Shown one piece after another: positions 56,994-64,000 of a DNA stretch of 64,000 bases. The stretch comes from a virus. How positions within the stretch are numbered: the stretch's first letter is position 1; the number at the start of each line of letters is the position of its first letter. The DNA lies in IMG/VR virus record IMGVR_UViG_3300020463_001735, positions 1 through 64,000 of that record; one strand, given 5' to 3'. The notes beneath the pieces were generated by a model that ran no database searches, had not been told where the DNA came from, and saw nothing but the letters and a program-made list of their open reading frames with translations. Made by a program: the position numbers and the translations under genes.

Positions 56994-59900
56994 TAGTAAC
57001 CATATCCTCCGCTGGAACCACCGCCGCCACTGCTACCAGAGCCGCCGCCGCCACTAGAACTGCTTGAACTGCTTGAGCTACTAGAACTGCTTGAGCTACT
57101 AGAACTACTTGAACTACTTGAACTACTTGAACTAGTGCTTGTGCTTGTCCTATATGAAGAACTTGCACGGGTAGACGTAGTTGCTGTTGTTGCACTTGTA
57201 ATACCTGCATTAGCAGTAGTGCTTTCTGTCACTACATTTCCTGCGGCTTTTAATCTGCTTGCTGTTATAGCATCAATAATATCTATATCTGTGACTTGTG
57301 CTCCACTTATAAATATTTCATCTGTTTCAGATTTTATTTCATATAAACTACCAAATGTTTGTGTATCATCTTGGGGAACAATTACAAATGTTGTGAGGTC
57401 GGGTGCAAGTTGACTCATAACATACGCACTCAATTCACTAAAATAAAATCTTTCTCCAAAGTCCCAATTTTCTAAACTAAAAAATTCATTTATTGCACTG
57501 ATAACTCTTGATTTGACATCGTTATCATTTAACACTTTATCAGGATTTTTAACTAATTTAAATTGTGCTTGCAAATCACCACTCGCTTTGTCTCCAAATA
57601 ATACTTTATACTTTACAGGATGATATATTATTTCATCACTTATAGATTTTACTTCATTTAGTTTAACACCAAAATTTTGAAATAATGCATCACTGCTAGG
57701 AGGTAAAGGTTTAGCAGTAATAGCGCCATCTAACCATTGCCTAAATTGTGTGTCAAAACTACGTGTAAGTATGTATGTGTCTACAATGTTACTAGCACTA
57801 GGATCGATACGTGTGCTTGCATCTGCGCCATGTACATAATGAAATTTTAAATCAGCTCTGCCGATTTGAGCTTTATAATCATCTGTAATTGACAATGTAC
57901 TTGTTGTTTTATCTAATACTTTAAATACATTTTCATCAACAAGATAAAATACTTGACTATCATCATATGCACTATATGCACCTACAGCGTTTTGATTTTG
58001 CTTTATTTGTATTTTTAATATTGTGTTACTAACATAATTAAAATCTTCTACTCCGTCTGCAGATTTCAATTTGCGTAAAAATATAAATTTATTTAAAGGA
58101 TTAGTAGTTTCATCTACTATCTCATCAAAAATTTGAGGATCATCAACCACACCATCATCATCTTCGTCAAAGAAACTTACTTGTATTTTTTTTGAATTTA
58201 CATAGCCTTCTGCATCTCTAAACTCTTCTTTTATTTCCCAATCAAAATCTACAGTAAAATTTGCTATGCTATCTGGCTTTTTGTTAATACTTAACACACT
58301 AATTTTATCTTTAATAGTCTTTCCTGTGAGATTATTGTAGATCTTATCGCTACTATCATAATAAAATTTTACTTCTTGATCACTTTCAAAAATATACCTG
58401 CTACCACGATATGTAATTGTATATTTTTCACCATCAGTTTGGAATAATAGCAACCAACTTGCATCCAACTTTTGTCCTGATACATCTCCTGTTTTACCTA
58501 TACTAAATGGTGTATTCAATCGTAAGTTTTCTTCTGATATTAGTTTCCATTCGCCGCTGGTTCTATCAAAACGTAGTCCAAAAGCATTGTATGCAGTGAC
58601 TTGATCTATAATTTGTGTCTGAACTTCATTTGTTATTTCTGAAGCAATGAAAGGTCTAATTTCTGTAAGTTGTGCTCCAGTTGGAATAATATCATTAAGC
58701 TGTACAGCACCTATACCATCTTCGTCTACTGTTGTTCCATCGCCGGTGACAGATACTACTTTAGTCCATTTATATAATACTGCTTGCGGATGATCGGCCG
58801 CGCCTGACATCAAACTATGACTATTATCTGCCATAAAGTGTTGACCTGAAGGTGCTACAAACTTAACTAACGAACCAGGTTTTACAAACTGTAGAGTAGA
58901 AGTAGTAAATGAACCTAGTTGTATTTTTACACCAGCAGTGCTTTCAAAAATACCAGTGTTAGTATTTGTTGCATTTGTTTTACCTTGCCATAAAATATTA
59001 AGGTCAGTGATATCAATTTTTGGAAAACTATTAGAGTAAAAGTTTTTAATTAGTGTATTTCGTAATATAGGTTGTATGGTGTTGTTAATAGCACCACTTA
59101 TATCAGTAGTGGTTGTAAAACTAAACATAGCTTTTGAATCTAAAAAGTCTTTATAAATTACACCGTCTGTTGCAAACATATTTGTTTTACTATACTTTCC
59201 AGTTGCATCTAAAAGATCAAAATATCTTGATATACCACTAGCTGTTCTGTTTACACTTTTTGTTTTTACAATTTCTTGGGAAATTGTTAATGGAACAATT
59301 TGATAATCTTCTGCTGTAATCATTCTGTTTTGTGTGTAATATGTAGCAGGTGCATTATTTTTTATACTTTCGCTAGTTTCACTTACAGTAGCATTATCAA
59401 CTGTATACTCTAATGAATATATAAAAGTTAAAGTTTCAACTCCTCCTGTTTTAGAAATATAAGGAACTTTTATACTGATGCCTTTCATTTCATCTGGTGT
59501 GATAATCATACGCTGATTTTTACTTGTTCTGTAATATGTTCTAAAAGTACCTTTTGGTAAATTACCAAACACACCGTCTGAAAATACAACTGATATTCTA
59601 TCTTCGACCCTTGTCAATACACTATAAAAATTTCTAACACTTTTACTCAAACTATTATAAATTACATTATTTCCTTGAGTTGAAGCAACTTTTGACCAAA
59701 GTTCAATTTCTTGACCGTTTGTATCTAATTTGTATAACCATACATCTGTATCATTTACATTTACAGCATCAATAGCAACCACTTGATTAGTGGTTGGATT
59801 AGTAATTGTAAAAGGTCCTTGGTCTAATGCACCTTGACGGAAGTGACTAAAAAATCCTGTGTTAGTGCTTCCATTACCTCTACCATCATTTCTAAATAAT

Positions 59901-60610
59901 ATTGCAAAATTGTTTCCAGGAAATGGTGCTTCTTCTTCAATAACTCCATCACCTATATCTGTGCTTACGATTTCAAATCTATTATTTGCACCATTGACAG
60001 CTTTGTTAAAACTAAAAACAGGCACATCCTGATTTGTTGAATTAAATCTATATTGTTCTGTTGGTACTCCGGCTATAGTATCTTTTTTAAACGGACGACC
60101 AAATGTTCCATTTACAGGTAGTCCTGCGTTCATTACTAAAATAAACTGTTCATACCAATCTGGATTTGATGGATCATTCCAAAGTATTGTTTGATTTTCT
60201 AAGTTAGTGTTGTTTGAGTCTATTATTTCTTCTGTGGTAGAAATACTTTCTATTTTCAATAGTCCGTTAGCGGCTTGATTTCTCTTTGGATTGTATGAAA
60301 GTAAACGTGCAAGACGTAACACACTTTCTCTACGCTCTGCAAGTTCAAGGAAATTTTCTCTAGCGTTTAGTTCGGTACGGAATGCAAGATTCTGTCCTAA
60401 ATAAGCAATTAGATCTATTAATGCAATGTATTCACTAGATTCTATATAATCATTAAAATCCTCAGGATAATTTTCCCTGAGGTAATTTATCATTGTTCGC
60501 CTTAAATTATCAAAGTCATAACTTTGAAAATCTGCGTTTCTGTAGCTTTGATATACTCGCTTCCAATCTTCTGCTACAAGTAATCTATTTTGCCTATCTG
60601 TTGACGACAT
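56993..60610 (-). CDS. gp6: baseplate wedge protein (gp6-like) with poly-Ser/Gly C-terminal tail
   Basis: DFDNLR..YLR..FNDYIESS..LIDLIAY..ENFL..A.RRESV..LA..LSYNPKR, FSDGVFG, IKNNAP..YYTQNRMITAEDY; follows gp25. Confidence 0.85.
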   Translation of the reverse strand: MSSTDRQNRLLVAEDWKRVYQSYRNADFQSYDFDNLRRTMINYLRENYPEDFNDYIESSEYIALIDLIAYLGQNLAFRTELNARENFLELAERRESVLRLARLLSYNPKRNQAANGLLKIESISTTEEIIDSNNTNLENQTILWNDPSNPDWYEQFILVMNAGLPVNGTFGRPFKKDTIAGVPTEQYRFNSTNQDVPVFSFNKAVNGANNRFEIVSTDIGDGVIEEEAPFPGNNFAILFRNDGRGNGSTNTGFFSHFRQGALDQGPFTITNPTTNQVVAIDAVNVNDTDVWLYKLDTNGQEIELWSKVASTQGNNVIYNSLSKSVRNFYSVLTRVEDRISVVFSDGVFGNLPKGTFRTYYRTSKNQRMIITPDEMKGISIKVPYISKTGGVETLTFIYSLEYTVDNATVSETSESIKNNAPATYYTQNRMITAEDYQIVPLTISQEIVKTKSVNRTASGISRYFDLLDATGKYSKTNMFATDGVIYKDFLDSKAMFSFTTTTDISGAINNTIQPILRNTLIKNFYSNSFPKIDITDLNILWQGKTNATNTNTGIFESTAGVKIQLGSFTTSTLQFVKPGSLVKFVAPSGQHFMADNSHSLMSGAADHPQAVLYKWTKVVSVTGDGTTVDEDGIGAVQLNDIIPTGAQLTEIRPFIASEITNEVQTQIIDQVTAYNAFGLRFDRTSGEWKLISEENLRLNTPFSIGKTGDVSGQKLDASWLLLFQTDGEKYTITYRGSRYIFESDQEVKFYYDSSDKIYNNLTGKTIKDKISVLSINKKPDSIANFTVDFDWEIKEEFRDAEGYVNSKKIQVSFFDEDDDGVVDDPQIFDEIVDETTNPLNKFIFLRKLKSADGVEDFNYVSNTILKIQIKQNQNAVGAYSAYDDSQVFYLVDENVFKVLDKTTSTLSITDDYKAQIGRADLKFHYVHGADASTRIDPSASNIVDTYILTRSFDTQFRQWLDGAITAKPLPPSSDALFQNFGVKLNEVKSISDEIIYHPVKYKVLFGDKASGDLQAQFKLVKNPDKVLNDNDVKSRVISAINEFFSLENWDFGERFYFSELSAYVMSQLAPDLTTFVIVPQDDTQTFGSLYEIKSETDEIFISGAQVTDIDIIDAITASRLKAAGNVVTESTTANAGITSATTATTSTRASSSYRTSTSTSSSSSSSSSSSSSSSSSSSSSSSSSSSGGGGSGSSGGGGSSGGYGY
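57053..57133 (-). repeat. 27-codon poly-serine tract (degenerate 9-nt repeat)
   Basis: Mix of AGT/AGC/TCA/TCT codons, followed in the protein by GGGGSGSSGGGGSSGGYGY-stop. Confidence 0.95.
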
Positions 60611-60633
60611 ATTTGCTTCCTTGTTCTATATTG

Positions 60634-60640
60634 TATTTAT
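60634..60640 (-). promoter_or_regulatory. late promoter core ATAAATA
   Basis: Intergenic, upstream of the AAGGA SD of the gp6-like gene. Confidence 0.6.
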
Positions 60641-60667
60641 TATGATTGGAAAAGTGCGTACTTTATT

Positions 60668-61117
60668 TTAGCCCAAAAAACCTGCATTTTGATCAAACTG
60701 TAATTTTAAATTTTCAGATATATTATATGGCAAATATGATAGATCTATTTCTATTTGTAAACCACTTTCATATTGATCTATAGCAACATTTGTTACTTGT
60801 ACTCTTGGATCATAATTTACTATTGCTGTTACATTGTTAACTATTGCTTCTTTCAATTGTTCTGTTAAAGGATCGAATAATACGTCCCATATAATTGTTC
60901 CGAACTCAGGATCAGAAAGTTTTTCTCCTTGACGTATATGAAAATGATTTAATATATCTTGTTTAATAAGTGCAAGATCATAAAGCACAGTTTCGTTATT
61001 TTCAGGGTTTACAGTAGAAATGCCTCTATACGCACGACTAGATACACCATATTGTGTACTTGTACCGGTGCCTTTTACCTCTATTTGTTTATAAAGTTGT
61101 TTTTCTTTTGTGCTCAT
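60668..61117 (-). CDS. gp25: baseplate wedge subunit gp25-like
   Basis: LIKQDILNHFHIRQGEKLSDPEFGTIIWDVLFDP...YDPRV. Confidence 0.88.
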   Translation of the reverse strand: MSTKEKQLYKQIEVKGTGTSTQYGVSSRAYRGISTVNPENNETVLYDLALIKQDILNHFHIRQGEKLSDPEFGTIIWDVLFDPLTEQLKEAIVNNVTAIVNYDPRVQVTNVAIDQYESGLQIEIDLSYLPYNISENLKLQFDQNAGFLG

Positions 61118-61122
61118 AGTAC

Positions 61123-61129
61123 TATTTAC
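61123..61129 (-). promoter_or_regulatory. possible late promoter GTAAATA, 5 nt before the gp25 ATG
   Basis: Minus strand reads GTAAATA-GTACT-ATG with no SD. Confidence 0.45.
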
Positions 61130-63672
61130 CTTGTCCCTTTAACCTCTTGTTTGTTAGTGTTAACAGGCGGTAAAGGTTCTGCTTTAACATTTGTGCCATC
61201 TGGCTCTAATGTGAGACTTGCCAATCTAGTAATTTGACCATTAATTAAATTATAGAAGTAACCTCTACCTGTTTTTTGTCTAAGCCCTGTCTGTGTAAGA
61301 CCAGTTTTTGGATCAACAGCATCTGCATATCCAACAGCACTTTTAAATTGATTAGCTAAACTACTAATACTAGAGCTTGACCAGGTTATACTTTTAGACT
61401 TCAAATACGCAACAGCAATATCAGTTGCAATTACTGGATCATTAGCAAGGTCTGGGTTTTGTACAATGTTTGGATGACCGGAGGCTTTACCATATGTAGT
61501 GTAGTTATTCTTGAACGTAATTTGTATCATTCCTCTACCTCTATATTTGTATCCTTCGTTTGCGGCATTTCCATATCTACCGCCATACACCGTATTACCT
61601 ATAGTAGCTGGCTTACGTGCAATAGCATTTGCTATTCTAACCTTATCAGCTCTAGTGACTTTTTTCTTAGGTTTATTAAATTCTTTAGCTGCCGCAAGTT
61701 TAAGTCTATAATCAAAAACTCTTAATAATGCACTCGCACTATAATTTAAAATTTCACTTTTTGGTTCAAAAGTACATTCATGATGTACTTGTGCCATAGC
61801 CATAGCTACTGCTTCTGCATTGCCACCTTGTTTAGCACTTTTTGTTTCATCAAGTCCTAAGGCACTACAAAGTTGATTGACAAAGTATCTTTCCATATCT
61901 GAAGGTGCTACTGGTTTATTTGGTTGTTCACCTATTTCACCTTCTTGTCCTGGAACAATTCCGTTGCCTTCAACTTCAACAGTTTTTCCATCTATTGTTT
62001 CTGTCTTATCGTTAGCCTGTTCTCGCCATTGTGTTGTGGTAGGACGTTGATCTTGATCGGTTTCAATAGGAGGACTAGCATTTCTGTTTACATAACTAGG
62101 AGCATCATTTGCTTTTGTGTTAGTTGCTGTAAAAATTGTTGGATTCAAATGCTCATGACCTAACCAAGGTTCGTGTTCTGGTAGTCTTACCGGAAAGGCA
62201 GCATCTAGTGCTTTTTTGGCTTTTGGCGCTACAACAGCTTCTGCTGCCATTGCGGCTGGAATGCTAGGATTTAAATCAATAGTTGCACCAGTAATCTTTG
62301 TTGCTTTTGTGGTGTTTATATCTAATGTTTCTCCTTGTGCAAAACGTGTTGATAAATCGCTTTTTATATCAAGCATACCTTGTGCGTGTATTCTTGTATT
62401 TGTTGTTGACTTTACATCTAAGGATTCTTCAACAGTCAACTTACCATTTGCAGTGACATTAATATTTAGGTCTTTACCTGTGCTTAAATTTGCTGTATCA
62501 CCTACAAGCATATTCAGTTCTGCACCTACTTGAAAATTCATATCTATACCTGTTTTAATATCAGTGCGTTGCCCTGTCCTTATTTTAGTGTTATCACCTG
62601 TATTCACATTAAAGTTTTTTCCTGCATACATATTGATATCTCTATCAGCCGCAATGTTTAAATCTAATTCAGTGTGTATGCTAATACTATCTCTACTGTA
62701 GATATCTATTTTGCCTAAACTGGTAAGTTCTATCCAAGCAGTTCCTTTGGCATTACCTATGTAAATTAAATCTTCAGAGTTATGCATCAACAGCTGATGT
62801 CCTGTGCGTGTACGAAGTCTAACTAATTCGTTATGTGGTACATCAGCAAAACCTTTTTTGTCTTTATCTTCTTCTACACTAACATATTCTGCTTTTGTTT
62901 CACTAGCATACCCTGTACGCAAAATTGCAGGGTCACCGTCGTCCATAACAAATGTGGAACCACCTAATCTGTTGTAAAATCTTTGTGTACCGCCGGTTCC
63001 AGGAGAACCATATTGTGTCCTTGGTGCTCCATCTCTACGATCTTCAGGACCAGGTGTACTCCAGCCAAATACCATACTAGGTACTTCTCGTCTTGCACTA
63101 GAAGTAGTTGTTCCTCTAATACTGTCTTCAAATAATCCTTGTGTTTTTAAATTAAATTCTGCATCATCACTGTGAGGCTTTATAAATTTTGTAGGATTTT
63201 TTCCTGCACCAGTTTCAATTTTTTTGTTGTATTCGCCTACAGGATATGGTTTTGAAGTATCATCATCATTATAGAATGAACTTGCCATTCCAGGCAACAT
63301 AAAGTTCATATATTCATCTTGCACACAACCGATCCAGTAACCTCTGCTTCGATTACCTTCAGCAAAAATGACAAGTACTTGCGTGCCTATATCTGGTGGT
63401 ACTGCCCACATACCATAACTTTTTTGTGTGTACTTGTAACCTTTATTTTTTGTTAATCCAGCAAAAGGTGTTACACCATAAAAAGGTGACATATATTTTA
63501 CTGTAATTATTTCTCCAGTACCTTGAGTAGAATTACCACTTTCCACTACTTTCAGTAGCTCAACTTCTAGTGACCCCATATATTTTGCATCGAGGTGATT
63601 AACAACTTTTGCAAGAAAAGGACCAGGATCTTTTATTATCTGTCCAGAGGGGCTTCTAGTTTGTTCAGACAT
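61126..63672 (-). CDS. gp5: baseplate central spike gp5/VgrG-like protein with C-terminal GH19 lysozyme/chitinase domain
   Basis: OB-fold (D..YMGSLEV, PPDIGTQVLVIF..G..GYWIG), RTRTGHQ, beta-helix repeats, then HEC..E.LNYS, YRGRGMIQITFKNNY, NPDL. Confidence 0.85.
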   Translation of the reverse strand: MSEQTRSPSGQIIKDPGPFLAKVVNHLDAKYMGSLEVELLKVVESGNSTQGTGEIITVKYMSPFYGVTPFAGLTKNKGYKYTQKSYGMWAVPPDIGTQVLVIFAEGNRSRGYWIGCVQDEYMNFMLPGMASSFYNDDDTSKPYPVGEYNKKIETGAGKNPTKFIKPHSDDAEFNLKTQGLFEDSIRGTTTSSARREVPSMVFGWSTPGPEDRRDGAPRTQYGSPGTGGTQRFYNRLGGSTFVMDDGDPAILRTGYASETKAEYVSVEEDKDKKGFADVPHNELVRLRTRTGHQLLMHNSEDLIYIGNAKGTAWIELTSLGKIDIYSRDSISIHTELDLNIAADRDINMYAGKNFNVNTGDNTKIRTGQRTDIKTGIDMNFQVGAELNMLVGDTANLSTGKDLNINVTANGKLTVEESLDVKSTTNTRIHAQGMLDIKSDLSTRFAQGETLDINTTKATKITGATIDLNPSIPAAMAAEAVVAPKAKKALDAAFPVRLPEHEPWLGHEHLNPTIFTATNTKANDAPSYVNRNASPPIETDQDQRPTTTQWREQANDKTETIDGKTVEVEGNGIVPGQEGEIGEQPNKPVAPSDMERYFVNQLCSALGLDETKSAKQGGNAEAVAMAMAQVHHECTFEPKSEILNYSASALLRVFDYRLKLAAAKEFNKPKKKVTRADKVRIANAIARKPATIGNTVYGGRYGNAANEGYKYRGRGMIQITFKNNYTTYGKASGHPNIVQNPDLANDPVIATDIAVAYLKSKSITWSSSSISSLANQFKSAVGYADAVDPKTGLTQTGLRQKTGRGYFYNLINGQITRLASLTLEPDGTNVKAEPLPPVNTNKQEVKGTR

Positions 63673-64000
63673 TATAATGTTCCTCTAATTCTATTAACTA
63701 CTGTCGTCTCTGTTGGTTTAGGTTTACTACCCTTGTTGGTATCAGCACTTGTTGTAGTCTGGCTTGCTCCTCCGCCAGTAGAATTAGTTTTGCTTGTTTT
63801 TTCATCTTTCTTTTTACTAGGCACTTGTGTAGGATTTCCTGTTGGATCTGTGCTTTCATTCAAATTGTTTTGTTTATCACCATCTTTAACCATTCCATTT
63901 CCGTCTTGTGCTGGAACCGCCTTTGTATCTGTATCTTGATTTTTTCTACGCATACACTTTAGGCGCTGTGTAAACTTGCCGTCGGAAAAATCATTTTCAA
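63672..64000 (-). CDS. 3' end of a baseplate hub (gp27-like) protein, truncated by the window
   Basis: Frame stays open to the window edge: ENDFSDGKFTQRLKCMRRKNQ...; this resembles the terminal strands of hub proteins and precedes gp5 with a TAATG overlap. Confidence 0.55.
   Translation of the reverse strand, partial: ENDFSDGKFTQRLKCMRRKNQDTDTKAVPAQDGNGMVKDGDKQNNLNESTDPTGNPTQVPSKKKDEKTSKTNSTGGGASQTTTSADTNKGSKPKPTETTVVNRIRGTL

Noticed and set aside
57053-57133. Tandem repeats as a possible CRISPR array
   Set aside because: Degenerate 9-nt coding repeats with no spacers and no cas genes.
56977-57210. 77-aa V/Q/A-rich ORF that looks like a repetitive precursor peptide
   Set aside because: It is an alternative-frame reading of the poly-Ser tract of the gp6-like gene, with no independent start signals.
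1-64000. Stop-codon reassignment, introns/inteins, tRNAs
   Set aside because: Genes tile densely in the standard code with TAA, TGA and TAG all used as stops. Intergenic gaps are mostly too short for RNA genes, and no intein or homing-endonuclease motifs were noticed by eye.

Overview
This AT-rich window is a segment of a large (jumbo-type) T4-like myovirus genome read in the standard genetic code. I saw no rRNA, tRNA, CRISPR array or mobile element. It has three blocks. (1) 1-9283 (+): the 3' end of queE, RNase H, an AAA ATPase plus HExxH/vWA partner, conserved hypotheticals and a tail-fibre-like gene. (2) 9280-35046: a ~26 kb island of about 33 genes, mostly tailoring enzymes, in three operons: seven Fe/2OG-type oxygenases, a fatty-acid desaturase, four radical SAM enzymes plus a stand-alone Twitch protein, two QueC-like PP-loop enzymes, two nitroreductases, a DegT aminotransferase, a carbamoyltransferase, a methyltransferase, a mini-kinase, three SGNH proteins and four or five glycosyltransferase-like proteins. 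(3) 35101-64000 (-): baseplate/tail genes, including fibre paralogues, a 4955-aa protein, gp6-like, gp25-like, gp5-like with a GH19 domain, and the end of a hub gene. The best candidate for an undescribed system is the enzyme island wedged between tail genes, possibly a virion-decoration (glycan/PTM) pathway. It includes an oxygenase paralogue with a halogenase-type HxA iron motif, and two of its operons start from overlapping back-to-back sigma70 promoters. All functional calls come from motif recognition by eye; no searches were run.
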